A stretch of DNA of 64,000 nt, from positions 7,130,001 through 7,194,000 of the forward strand of contig OZ249446.1 in the NCBI GenBank assembly GCA_965235115.1, in the 5' to 3' direction. The notes under the pieces were generated by a model. That model did not search any database and had not been told where the DNA came from. It saw only the letters and a program-made list of their open reading frames with translations. Origin of the DNA: Laetmonice hystrix (taxonomy: Eukaryota). This document shows, in pieces, positions 1 to 12,482 of the stretch (positions within the stretch are counted from its first letter, which is position 1; the number at the start of each line of letters is the position of its first letter). The position numbers were made by a program, and so were the translations under genes.

Positions 1-291
1 AAACAAAGCTAAAGTGTGCCGTCGGGGGTTTACTGATATCCTACAGGTAGTACATAAAACTCTGGTTAATTCCGCGTATTTTGAACCCCCCACCCCAAGA
101 ATATCCTGAATGGGTCTATAGTCTGGTAAAACCAGAGATTATACATATGGTAAATGCCTTAATGACAGCCTTGCCGGAACAACCTCTCCAGAGAAAACCA
201 CCTCATTGCCCCATTTTGACATCTCAGTTCCAACCTGACATCGGCCTGCCCAATCAAGACAGCGGCCTGGCCACTTGCTCTGCAGGGGGTG

Positions 292-305
292 CCACCAGGG
301 GGCAG
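292..305 (+). promoter_or_regulatory. CTCF-consensus motif
   Basis: CCACCAGGGGGCAG is a perfect match to the CTCF core CCASYAGRKGGCRS. Motif match only; no binding data. Confidence 0.5.
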
Positions 306-1525
306 TTCGATCGCTGTCTGGTCCGTCATCCACTGATGTTGGCCGGGTTGCCTCCTCAACATCTGTCATTTCTGGGTTGCTCTGAATTGGTTTCTGATGT
401 AAAGGCACCTAACTATATTTGCCTGTCTGTCTTCCTGGCCGTGGGAGGCCAAAGAAAGCCCCTCCCCCACGATACCAGGCTAACTGCGGCACCTTGTCGA
501 TATAGGCCTAGATAGGGCCAAATCCATCTTTCCTGGAGAAAGTCATTGTTGTGCGACTAAAACATTTTACGTCTTCATGCAAAGTATACACTATACTTGT
601 CACTTAAGTCATCAACATTACGTATTAAAATTAGTGTGTCAAAACTCAGGTATGCTTTCATCCCAATTAGTCCTCCAAGGAATACTATGACAATATTATG
701 ATGGCGGAGTTGACATTATGGTGGGACCTATACATGCCCTTTTGCTAACCCCCAGTTTGGCCAATGGGCAGAAAGTGCTTTATATATCACGCCCTTTAGC
801 CCAAATAAGCCACACAATCATCTGTATAGCATTACATTCGTCTTATTGGAACCCAGAGGTGAGAGTCTCTGTGATCAAGAGCCAGAGGTTTACACCACTG
901 ACCCATCGCAGCCCCATCCCTTTCTCTCTCACAGTCTAGATCATTTTGCATCATCTCTCCACGGAATAGTGCCCTATTAGTATTATATATATATATGGGT
1001 TCAAATAGACCTATGTAGGCCTGATTCAGCGCATATATACAAAATGACAAAGTGACTGGTGGGGATGTTACCTTGGTAAGCTGGTATATATTCGCACTTA
1101 ATAAGCCAAATGTAAGCAATGCACTCGGTCTGTTGAAGCTTGCGGAGTGTGTGGGCCGGTCCGGGCCGAGTGGCATCACTCACCGGGAGACGCTAGCCAC
1201 AATCACCGACAACTTAGCTGCCACACGGCGTGCCCCTCCTGAGCTTATCATAAGGCGCCCCGTCCTGTTCTCATTACAGTTATTGGCAACCAGTCTCTGC
1301 AGTATCACCTTAGTCCTCAGATTCCATTGGGGTTCCTCTGACATGTGTCCACTAGTGGCAAAAACCAAACTGTAGTTTCACTTCAAGTTCAACCAAGATC
1401 TATCTTAGCGCATCGCCCCTCCCGCACGATAGACGCAGGGCCCATCCCACTAGCTGAGAGTGAGAGTCGTTAAAAAGTTAGCAGCACTCTTTAATTTCAC
1501 TCTGGAGTTTTCTCCATGGACTCAC

Positions 1526-1580
1526 CTTGGCTTGATACCACGGCGAAGAGAAAGCCGACAAGTAAAGATCCTCCAGTCAT
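1526..1580 (-). CDS. Candidate first coding exon encoding a signal-peptide-like N-terminus of an unidentified gene running off the left edge
   Basis: Minus strand ATG at 1580 reads MTGGSLLVGFLFAVVSSQ+G, followed by a strong donor AG|GTGAGT at 1525. A GC-rich, CCAAT-containing region lies upstream (1700-1800). No downstream exon identified. Confidence 0.3.
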
Positions 1581-1888
1581 CGTACTGACAAACTCTCTGT
1601 GTATATATGATCCATAAGCATGATGTAGAGTACGCTGTCAGTGTGTAAACCTCCCGTAGCACGTTGAGTCGTGTGAAGTGGCGCTTGACCCGATCCGAAT
1701 GGGCTCTTCCCGCCAACCCCCTCCGACCGACCGTCCCCCCGCGCCGGTCGTAGCCAATCAGTTAGGAGGCCTACGGGTCTGTCCCTGGTAATCGCGGCCA
1801 CTCCACGTTGGTTTCGTTCATTAAGCAATTACTGACACCTGGACATTAATTGCTACATAAGCTGTTGCTTTCCACTCTGAGAACCTAT

Positions 1889-1922
<34 letters not shown>

Positions 1923-2920
1923 ATGATCTTTATTGAAGAAGATATACACAAGGCTACAAGATATACACAAGGCTATAAGCCTCTATAAGATCTATAAACC
2001 TCTATTGGCCTCTGATTGGAAGAGAAGCAGAAGCTATAAGCCTAGGCCTTCACCCCCTGCGAAAGGGATGAATTCGGGCCTCCAGGGCCTCGAGTCGAGT
2101 GTTCGGTCTTTTCTAAATGAACAAATTTCCTGATCAGAGGAGGACTGGAGCACCTTATGGTTCCATGTTATGAATCAGTGTGATTTACACCAAATCTGGC
2201 GTACTTATAGCTTACAGCACATGATAAACGTCAGTTGGCCTGGGTATGTAGTTGGTGATCCTTGACAAGAGGCGGCCGTTCATACCGCCTGACGGCCCGC
2301 TGAGCACGGCACATCCCTGCGCATCTCCCGGCCACCTGCCCACGTCAATCCCGGCGCCCCCCGCCCGTCACTCCACCCGCCCCCAGTCCCACCATCCCGG
2401 TCCATCACCTCCACAAACCGTCAGACCTTCCTCAATTAGCTCCTGATAACACTTCTTGTTCACAGCATAAGGTAGAGGTAATAGATCTACAAATTACGCT
2501 TCAGTATAGACTTCACTGCATGCAGTGGGCCTAGGGGCTATAGGGCCTGCGTTTAAAGGCGCCTCTCGAGGCAGAGGGGTATGCATTCAACATTTCAAGG
2601 CTGCACAGAATAGATACTATAATGATCCTCGCCAGATTTCAACAGGGCCATAGCCCGAGGTGTAACAGGAGTGGGGAGAGAAACTCTTCGAGAGAAAATG
2701 CAGGAGTGAATGTTTGCGAGTGCATTAAAATCGGCTTTCGGTCTAGGCCTATATGGTGATTAGGCTATCGGTTATATTTCTATAGTAGGCCTATACAAAT
2801 CCTGTCGGAATTTCTAATTTCCGTTTTTAATTTTAATAATGAGTTCGGGAGAAACGCTTGACTGACATCCCCAGACTCCAACCCACGGCCCTATATACTC
2901 CGCATCACCCTTGGGTTTGC

Positions 2921-2934
2921 GTTGCCATGGATAC
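2921..2934. promoter_or_regulatory. RFX X-box-like palindrome
   Basis: GTTGCCATGGATAC versus the X-box consensus GTTGCCATGGCAAC. Confidence 0.4.
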
Positions 2935-3048
2935 GTGACATGGCGATGGCGAAACGCAGCCCGAAACAATACCGGAAGGAGAGGCCTGCAGATGGTTGCT
3001 ACGAACGCCGGTTCCATCGTCCCACGTGTCTCCAGCAGCCAGCACGGC

Positions 3049-3050
<2 letters not shown>

Positions 3051-3097
<47 letters not shown>

Positions 3098-3126
3098 GCT
3101 GCAGCAGCAGCATGCATCAGCAGCAG
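3051..3126. repeat. (CAG)15 trinucleotide microsatellite with an interrupted tail
   Basis: 15 pure CAG units at 3051-3095, then CGG CTG (CAG)3 CAT GCA TCA GCA GCA. Confidence 0.97.
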
Positions 3127-3802
3127 CGCCGGGCGGGAAGGGATCATTAAAGGCCCTATAGGCCTCTGATAAGGCAACAAATAAGTCGAATGAACGAAAG
3201 TTTCTCTCATATAATTCTTCTGTCTCTTTTTTCCCGTGTCCCTCATATTCATCTTCCTATGAATGTGTGACAGGCGTCAGATGATAAAAGGACTATTCAA
3301 AAAAAGAAATGGGGCAACGCCCCTGCAGGCCCTGAGTCGCCCCCCCCCCTAGGGTACATGGGCGTGCCGGGCGGTGTCCTCTAACCTCAAAAGGCCTATA
3401 GAATACCCCACCAGGTGACGCTGCCTGTGTGTAACATACATCACCACTAACGATCCAATCTATATCGCCCTGTTGGAATCGTACCATTAGAATTAGGCTA
3501 TAGAGGAGGGTCTAGGCTAGGTGCAGGCCCCTATATGTGCCTTTCTCACGGTGACGTCATGCCTGTTAGTTTATACTAAAAATTACAGTATATAGGACAT
3601 ACACTGTCTTTAGTAACCTCATATAGGCCCCCTAATCGATCTCCCTTTAAACATACAAAACAGAATGGTAAAGAGTGCCTTTCCATGCATCAAGTAAAAA
3701 ACCTATATAGGCCATCTTAAAAGTAGCTATAGGCCTAATTGGCTCCTATAACATATAGGCCCCTGGTAGGCCCGGGCGTGGGATTCTTACCCCCTTGCCC
3801 TG

Positions 3803-3914
3803 CCCCCCCCCCCCCCAATCGGCGATGTGAGCCTATTTTCGTTGGGTTTATTTGAGCCCCCCCCCCCCCCAATCGGCGCTGTGAGCCTATTTTCATTGGG
3901 TTTATTTGAGCCCC
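3803..3914. repeat. Two-copy direct tandem duplication (about 54 bp) with poly-C heads
   Basis: AATCGGCG(A/C)TGTGAGCCTATTTTC..TTGGGTTTATTTGAGCCCC occurs at 3817 and 3871. Confidence 0.9.
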
Positions 3915-4198
3915 AAAGTAGATCAAGAATTTAATGGACGCTTCTCGAAGTTCTGAAAATATCGGAGAGAGATTCAGTCTAAAGCTATGGTCGAGGCGAT
4001 CCATCTGTAGTCTATCTCATAGATATGGGGCTGGCAGCAGTATTCCAGCCCGCCAACCAGCAGCTAAAGGTAGGCACCGGCAATGAAGAACAGCGTGCCG
4101 TCCTGCTCATGGCTCGTTTACCACCTACACGGCTGACCGGGCCGTCATGTCCGAGACTCGCCGGTAGACGGCCACCACACACCCGGTCCGCACGGCCT

Positions 4199-4228
4199 CC
4201 CCGCCCCGGCCCCCGCCCCGGCCCCCGC
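4199..4228. promoter_or_regulatory. Tandem GC boxes (Sp/KLF-like); G-quadruplex-capable on the minus strand
   Basis: CCCCGCCCCGGCCCCGCCCCGGCCCCCGCC inside a CpG-rich island at about 4030-4450. Confidence 0.45.
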
Positions 4229-4440
4229 CGACAATCTATCTAACAACAAACACGACGCCAAACACAATCCGACGGCCAGAAAGACGACACTAACACAAAC
4301 CACGTGGCAATTGGTGCGATTGTATTACAGGCGGGGAAATGAAGGCCATGCACATGTGCTCCGTGGCCGTCACTGACAGAACGACCGCCGCTGGCTGGCG
4401 GGAGACGGCTACGGTTTCACGACAGGGACTGGCAACGATG

Positions 4441-4499
4441 GCGCCATCTAACGGTTTGGATAAGAACACGTATTGAGCTCAATTCCCGCTAGATGGCAT
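4441..4499. promoter_or_regulatory. Pair of divergent CTCF-like motifs
   Basis: Minus CCGTTAGATGGCGC at 4441-4454 and plus CCGCTAGATGGCAT at 4486-4499; both are near-consensus. Confidence 0.4.
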
Positions 4500-6247
4500 C
4501 TTGAGCTAGTACCTTTTCCAAAGGGGGTCCATTTTGGACTTTTTGAAGAACTTGAAATATATCGAGAAACCAGTATCTAAATAACAGCTATAGTCAGCAT
4601 GGACTGGGCGTAGTCATTTAGAGCTGCCGGACTAGTCTAGCATGGATGGAGCCAGGGGGTCCGGACACCGCCCTTTTGGACCAACTTTTTCTTTTCTTTT
4701 TTTCGGGGGGGGGGGGGGGTGTGTGGACTTATTCTTCGTTTATCCCTTTTGGACCACCCTTTCTCTTTATAGAGGGACGTCTTTCTTTTCCGGTATTCCC
4801 GGTCGGACGCCCCCCCCCCCCTCTTTCAATATTGTTAAACAACAGCATCACACAGCTATAAGATGGAGTACTTGTATGTTTGATTTATTGAACATGTCAT
4901 CACATAGCGATCTCACTTACATCGTTTTTCTGGGCGGAATTTCATAGCTTTTTTATAAACTACCGGTATCTACGGTAGAAGATATTCCGTACCCTACGGT
5001 CGTCTCCTAGTCCATACAGCTAGTCGTGGTCAGTCGAAGCCCGAATGTGGTCAGGCTTTTTTTTTTTTGGAAGGGTGGGGCTCCAAAAAGAAAAAAAACA
5101 TCAGTTACCTTCCCTCCCTTCCATGTCTGTGGATTGCCCCCCTCCCCCCCCCCGACGGGAGGGGGGGGGGGGTCCTCAAGGAAACCCTGATGTAGCACTA
5201 AGGCCAGACATAACTCTGTACATAGGCCTATGTAAGCAAAAATGGGGCAACTGACATTATTCATAATAATTATGCAAATCTAGCCCTTTCTTTCTCAACA
5301 TTGCCGTCGTTCATCCCGTAATCTTTTCAACTTCAGAATCTAGCAACCAATCACATTATTATCATCTTCACACCTCAGCACTGATCGGCATATACATATG
5401 TATTTCATGACCATCATAACACTATGCTCTGCCCTAAACCAAGAATAGTATAGAAAGAAATTCTTGATATTTTCTTACATACGTGTATTATAAAACACAA
5501 GGAGACTTGCCCGGTTTCTATCAAATATCTACCTGTGATCCATGAAAATCTTCAGCATGTGTGTTGGTATTGAGAGATATGGAAAGCCATACAATAAATA
5601 AATGTTTAAGCTAAAGGACACGTTTAGCATTCAACCCATGAATTGTTCCGTACCACACGGGAGAGAATGCATGACACTAACCAACCGAGTTACTGTCACT
5701 GGGACAAGCCATGCATATCGATATTTTGGTAAACACACGAGTTTGCAGACAAGTACGGACACTTAAAATTTTCACAGATTTGTTCCTCTGACTTCACTCT
5801 AGTTATAGCACATAAATCATGCTGATAAACAAAGGATCTTGATATTTTATGGAGCACGTCAGGCGAGGCTCTCCTGACGTTCTTTAGAAAATAAAGTGCT
5901 CTAACGAGATCCTTTAGTTTTAGCATACCTGGTACACGCATTTACATTTTATCAAAGCGGGGCATAAACATAATCAATGCAACAAGGGAGGAGATATTCT
6001 TAACATCCTTAGGTCAGTACACAAAATCTACATGAAACATGACATTTCAAGATGTATGGAACAAGTGCTGGGGCGGTTTCCTGCAGCCCAGAATTTACGA
6101 TAATAACGCTTGGTATATATATATTTATATTTGGTCATATGTCATTATGGTTTAGGTGTGAACAGTTTACCACATTACGCAGATGCCAGTCAGATTCTGT
6201 ACAAGGGGACCCATTCACTGTGATTGAGAATACTGGAAAGATGAGAA

Positions 6248-9200
6248 TCATTTGATGAGGTGAGCTGTGAGCCACCACATTAACAGTGGCTGAGTAAGTG
6301 CAATAACCAGCAGCATGTACACTCTCCGCTTACTACCATGGCTGAAAGCGTCCGACTCAGAATGGGGGATGATGGCCATTTTTAGAGCCCGCACCTGCAA
6401 AAAAAAAACACCAAAACTTTAAGAAGATATATACGGTACATAACAATTACAACAAGATAATCAAACGAAATGAAAAAACTGATTAATTATCACGCTTATC
6501 TCTTTGAATGTGAACTATTACTTCAACTCACCAGAAAAAAGGCAATGGATGCACTCATCCACAGAAGGACGCAATAATAACCAAGGGATGAAAACACCAT
6601 CCCTCCAACCATAGCTGCAAGCATCCTGTAAAACAATCCGTTCACTAGTGTTTAATAAGTCTCAATTCAATTTCCTACATATTAGAGTTTACTGGCTATC
6701 TTACATGCATGCTATACCAAATACTGATTTTACAATAAACATTGTACACTTCAGAAATCAATTAGAACAAATAGTGAATGGCAGATGGCAGAAAGAAGTA
6801 AAGGATTTCATTGATGTAGGATGTCACTGAACATGGATATTACTGGCGTATCTTAATACACTACAAGACTTGATCTTACCCAACATATTTATAACCACAG
6901 TATGATAGCAGGTCCATGTATTTAAGGTCAGTCGTTACGTTGATTATGTACATCGCCAACAAGAGAACCAAAATTTCTATCACCATCCATACTAGGGCAC
7001 TGCTCGCAGTCATGCCCAGCATTTCTGGCGTGAACCGGTTCTGTGTTCCAAGCATCACTCCCGCCAACAGCATGTACGTCACAAAGGCCATTACTGGAAG
7101 TAGGACATTTTCTTTGTTACTTTAACAAAATATCTGTGTAGGCCTTTACTGATACACTGATGATGTGGGTCTACAAGCATGAACAGGAAGCTACATAGGT
7201 AATGCTTGCATTTATTTGGGAAGGGGCAATATTACCAGTACTTTGTAACTTACATGAAGTTAATAGAACTGTACGGCTACTTTAAGTATACTTATCCTTA
7301 TTCAGATCTGTAAACTGAATGTCATGAATATGTGAAAACAAATATGAATAGAAATTCAGCAGACCTGGTATGTACAAATCTGGAGCATTAATTTCATATC
7401 TCGGAGCCACTGGTTCATCCTGGTTATAGCGTATTGACCAGTCCTGTGAAGGGGAGCACACTGTCACATGGAATACACGCCCTAACATGATTACATCTGA
7501 ATCTTGGATTACGATCTTCTGATGTCAATGAAACTAAACTGTACTTGTTGTTAGATATATTTGGAAATATTACTTACTGTGTGTGCATATGGAAAAATCA
7601 GTAAACCCAATTTTTTGCCAACATATGATGTATCAACAGCAAAGTAATATTTCAGTTTGCTCGTTGAAACATACTGCTCCACCTGTGAAAGAAATATCAG
7701 CAGTAGTTTAATAGTTAAGAATATCTGATTAAAATTTACTTTTTAAATTTGTAATACAATGTCCTTACTTCCTGTTAACATATGAGTAATCTTCCATATT
7801 ACAAGATGTCTTATTACGTGTTTATGAACGAGGTCTTTCCCTTGCCCTGCCAAGGTCTGGCCATACTGCATGGCCATGTTGGCCATGGGATCATTCATGA
7901 ACTGTTGCCCTGGAAACTGTTGTGGTTGGTTGCCAGGATACATCCCAGACTGCGGGTCATATATACCTGTGGATGGGAAAATCAGGTTTTTCAACGTGTA
8001 ATCAGTAGATATTCAGCATATTCTACATGAAAAGCCTTACAACACTAGGTATTGAAGAAAAGTGCTTTCTGTCCTTAATTAGACAATCTCATGACATTCT
8101 GCGTGCCAGAAACTAACTCATCACAGGTCAATGATGAATAATCAATGTTGAAATAATCACATTGATTTAGTCGGCTTCTGCTTGCTTCCATATCAGACTT
8201 AAAAATATGAGTAGGCCTACTAAATCTTTTGTTTTGAAGGGATCTTTCGTGAAGAAATTACAGATACCTACAAGAGATAGGATTACCTGTTGAGTAGCAA
8301 ACTTCCAGTGTCAGTATGTAAGACAGTAATATGAAAGCATGATTAGCAGAAACCCAGGCCTCGAATTAGAAGTTAATGATGGTCATCACAGCTGAAGGGC
8401 ACACGACAGCAAAGGGAAAAGGACATCACAGCATTGAACTGCCGTCGATGAGGCAAAAAATAAGAGGGCACCACAGTAAATGGAAGGGGCACGAATTGCC
8501 GTCTATGCCGTCATGTAATTCGAGGCCTGGAAACCTTTCCTTAAAACCTGCAGAGTACAGTACAATGGAGTTTTGAAACCAGTCCTACTTTCTTATCCCC
8601 TATACTGCTCATTTTAGTGAGTTAAGCTTTGTTAACCTTTGTAGGAATCACTTTTGCTGATATTACGTGCTATTACCTTGATTACCCAGGTAATAGCCAG
8701 ACTCTACGTTTGGATCAGCAAATTGTGGTTCAGCAAAATCTGGAACTGGTAAGCCAATGGCAAATACAAGACACAAACGCACGCTTTCAACATTTTAATC
8801 AACTATAATACACACAGGATGCACAACAGATTACATGTATTCTGTTTTGACAAACTGTAGACGAAGTTCAACATAAATGTGTGCCTACTGGTAGTCCTAA
8901 ACTATGAAATCAGATCTTTCATCACAGATATTTAAATGCAGTGTTGGAATGGATCACGTTTTTTTTTTGTTTTTTTTTTACAGTCTCAAGAGATCTATAT
9001 CCATCACATTAAACAACAAACATAATTTTGTTTCATATCACTGCTGTCCTATTTCTATCACTCTGATATTGCAGGAGAGCAAGTGATCTGGCTAACTGTG
9101 ATGTGAAGATCTGTAAACTTACATATAAACAGGAATGATAGGCAGGAGGCTCTAAGTGCTCAAATAATCAAACTAGCAAGGTCAGGGCATACAAAAACCT

Positions 9201-11292
9201 CGAGAACAAGACCTGTCATGCACATATTAGGACAGAATATTAAGGCAGAATGTTACCTGGACCTGCTGGTCCTTGTGCTGGGTAAATTGGTGCAGTACTT
9301 GTATCGTCAAACAACTGTGGGTTAGCAGCTTTACCTCCACGGGCTCGAGGACGCCTCTGACCTCCCATGCCCGCTGCAATGAAGCACAGCTTAAGATACA
9401 TACAGGGAAAACACACTTACTGGATGCAGGTCTTAGATGATTGTTCAATTCTTGTCAGTAAAACTTTTCAGTTCGGCGTGATCTAAGAAATTTAATGAGT
9501 AGGGAGTAGAAAATGCAGGTCTGCCACACTTTACATTATACATGCTATTAACTAACTCTGTTGTCTTTTAAAATAAGACCTTTACTGAAACTGAAGGAAT
9601 CGCATCCTATAACAGCAAAAACTGCAACTTTTTAGCAATTAGACAAATTAAGAACATTCACACACAAATTTCAAAACTGACAGTTATTTGCTCCTTACAG
9701 AGGATTAAGTCAGAATGTCACTTTGCTTTTGACATAGGTACATGTGCATATAAAAATGATAAGGAGCAAATTCCTTCTACACATTGATGGTGTTTGCTTT
9801 CGTTTGGAGTATAATAAACTTTTAGATTCTCCTTTTTTTAAGTCAAGCTTAATCATCATTCTGATTAAACCGCAATTCCACATAGATCTGGGAGTCCACC
9901 ACTGTCTTTATTCTTTCCCATTCTGCCACTTTGACATGACAAAACCTCTATGATCCTGCTGGAAAAGCTAGAACTTAGTCGTAATACTTTTGGCTGCATT
10001 TATGATTGGTGATAACGATGGTGTCTTACAGAGACTAGTGCTGGGACGATTCAGTGATACAATCGTGAATCGCGATATTTTCAGTTTTTCACGGAACGAT
10101 ACGATTTACAGTTCAAAAGCTGTGAATTATACGATATGTTAATATTCTTTATTTGTTATCAACAAGGCATAAAACATGATAAAAAGTGATAGAAATCTAA
10201 CGAAAGACATGGCCTGTGGTGTCATACTGACATTGCGGTCCTATGTACAGTCAGACCTCGTTTATCCGAACAGCTTGGTGCCCATTAAAATGTGTTCGGA
10301 TTGTGAAATATACGGATTACTGAATCATTTTAAATAGAAAATGGTAGAAGAGGTTACCAGAAAGTGTGTTCGGATTGTGAGGTATACGGATTACAGAAGC
10401 ACGGATTAATGAGGTCTGACTGATATTGCTCAATTTACTGGTGCCCCCTCCAGGGCAGACATCGAAGAGATTTTGACAGTGATTGGCATGTTTATTGTAA
10501 TACGTGCACTACTGATCAGTAATCAGTTTGACTGGAATTTAGATACATATATCGTATCGTGGAGCAAATATTGAGATACGTATCGAATCGTGAACAGAGT
10601 GTAACGTCCTAGCCCTAACAGAGACTGGCAGGCGTGTGCATTGTGCTGAACTCTGTACCTAACTCTGTAAATCCCCTTTCGGAAACGTAACGGCCAATCG
10701 CTCCCGTTTACGGCCGCTTGACCGAAGTGAAAATGGTGGAAAACGTAGCCTGCTAGACTGTGGATTTAGAACCCAATCTGTTGATTTCCACTGTGACGTC
10801 ACAATATCAACATTATGCTTATTCCAAAGTCTACTGTGACGTGACAATATTACCATGGTCGTCATAAGACACCCAAATCTTATTAATTATTATAACCAAG
10901 ACTCCAAGTACAAAATTCAAGTCACTGTCAATATCATCCAGAAACCCCTGTAACTTTCGTCAAATTTGGGGAGAGTTCTCGAACATGGGGAAATTGCCAA
11001 TCTTAATTAAACGGGCCAGGTCTTGAAGCCAAAAGCGAAATGGGGGAATGATGGCGAGAATTCGATGCAGACCTTCGAGCTTCGACTGTCACACTCACAG
11101 TGTCAGTGTCACTCACTGACTCAGTCACTGTCGTGTCAATCAACTTCTCAAGAGTCAAGTCAGTCTGTCTCAGTCAGGCCAGGCCAAACAAGCGACTCGT
11201 GACTAGGCAACCCAGAAAGCAACACACCACAACGTGTAGAAAGTTCATCAGTATAACATACACTTACGATGACGAACACCAGAGTTGTCCAT
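6248..11292 (-). CDS. YIF1: Protein YIF1 (Yip1-family ER-Golgi trafficking membrane protein, YIF1A/B-like), 309 aa
   Basis: Exons (minus): 11292-11268, 9373-9257, 7966-7818, 7682-7578, 7443-7365, 7093-6880, 6625-6532, 6394-6248. Total 930 nt, all GT-AG, phases consistent. Family motifs [64 protein letters not shown] and QPLLMWWLT. Confidence 0.96.
8355..8529. mobile_element. Small MITE with hAT-like CAGG termini and a 6-bp flanking duplication
   Basis: TIR CAGGCCTCGAATTA...TAATTCGAGGCCTG; GAAACC directly flanks both ends. Confidence 0.75.
10036..10617. mobile_element. hAT-like MITE with a perfect 8-bp TSD in YIF1 intron 1
   Basis: Termini TAGTGCTGGGACG / CGTCCTAGCCCTA; ACAGAGAC is duplicated at 10028-10035 and 10618-10625. 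Confidence 0.85.
10248..10422. mobile_element. pogo/Tigger-like (Tc1/mariner) MITE nested in the hAT MITE
   Basis: TIR CAGTCAGACCTCGTTTATCCG / CGGATTAATGAGGTCTGACTG; TA precedes the left end. Confidence 0.8.
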
Positions 11293-12080
11293 GGCCTCTT
11301 GTCCGGTGCAGAATCCTTCGTTAAACGAGTAAAGCTCGAAACTTGGTGTGTTAAAATGTTCTGCCGGAAGTACCACACGAACGACAAGCCTCGTTCTCAC
11401 GTGCCACGAAGCCGGGTGTCGTTCAATAGAATGGAACGTTTCGTAGCGCTACGAGCGTCCACCGTTTGGACTTTGGACGAAAATCAACGTTCTTCTCCAC
11501 TTGCTCGCCTTATTGAACGCTGTCTGCCCCCCCCCCCCCCCCCCCATCCTAAAAAAAGTTCCACCCCAAGCAAGAACTCTACTATACTTGCCCCAAGTTC
11601 CCCAAGTTTACAGTCCTGCCAACTAATCCCCCGGTTTTTAACCTGATCCCCCGGCCGTCCCCCCGGTAGGGCCTATAGGCCTATAGGCCTAATGTCACAA
11701 TTTTCTCACGGTAAATTGAAAACTCATGTATGCACACGAATGTACACAAAACACAAGAAAAAGGATAGATAAATATGTTTGGACAATTTTAAGTTTAAAA
11801 TATAATGAAAAAATATGTTTGAGTAGATCTATGTTTTTAAGTAGGTAGGCCTAGCAACTAAATGCAACGCAGAACACTAAAAAAGGATAGAGTCTACATA
11901 AAGAGAAAACAAACAGCATAAATGAAAAGGATGTCTTAGGACAATTTTTTATTTTAAAACTTGAAGCAGAATCAAAGTCCATTCCAGTCGCCATGCCACC
12001 GAAGTGGCGGGCGGGAAAGAAAATGAAATGTCCAAGGGAACTCGAGGCCTATTTTAATCCGGGCCCCTACGGTGCAGTGC

Positions 12081-12482
12081 GGACCTATATTATGACCCGG
12101 TAGGCCTACAAGGGTTAGGCTATTAGGCTACTAGCCAACTTGACAATGAAGTGAAATTATTATATTCCGGGTCGCCACGGAAAGTTTTAAAAGCCCAGCA
12201 TATGAACCTAAGGACCTATTATGACCCGGTCCAAGGGTATATAGAGCTCTATTAGGCTACTGGCAAAAATGTGAACCTATTAGACCTATATTTCGGGTCG
12301 CCACGGAGAGTGTGAAAAAAGGCCAGCCTATGAACCTACTAAGGACCTATTATGACCCGGTCCAAGGGTAGGCCCTATTAGGCTACCTGCAAAAATGCGA
12401 ACCTATTATAGGCTATTCGGGGTCGCCACGGAGAGTGTGAAAAAAAGGCCAGCCTATGAACCTAAGGACCTATTATGACCCG
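12081..12482. repeat. About 125-bp tandem repeat, roughly 3 copies, upstream of YIF1
   Basis: GGGTCGCCACGGA at 12169, 12295 and 12420; GGACCTATTATGACCCG recurs with the same period. Confidence 0.9.

Noticed and set aside
81-515. 144-aa plus ORF and overlapping minus ORFs
   Set aside because: No recognisable domain, no ATG-start support for the plus ORF, and the phase-1 splice from the 1526 exon into this region hits a stop.
2922-3161. PolyQ protein gene
   Set aside because: All frames are open only because of the CAG repeat; there is no domain or splice support. Kept as a repeat.
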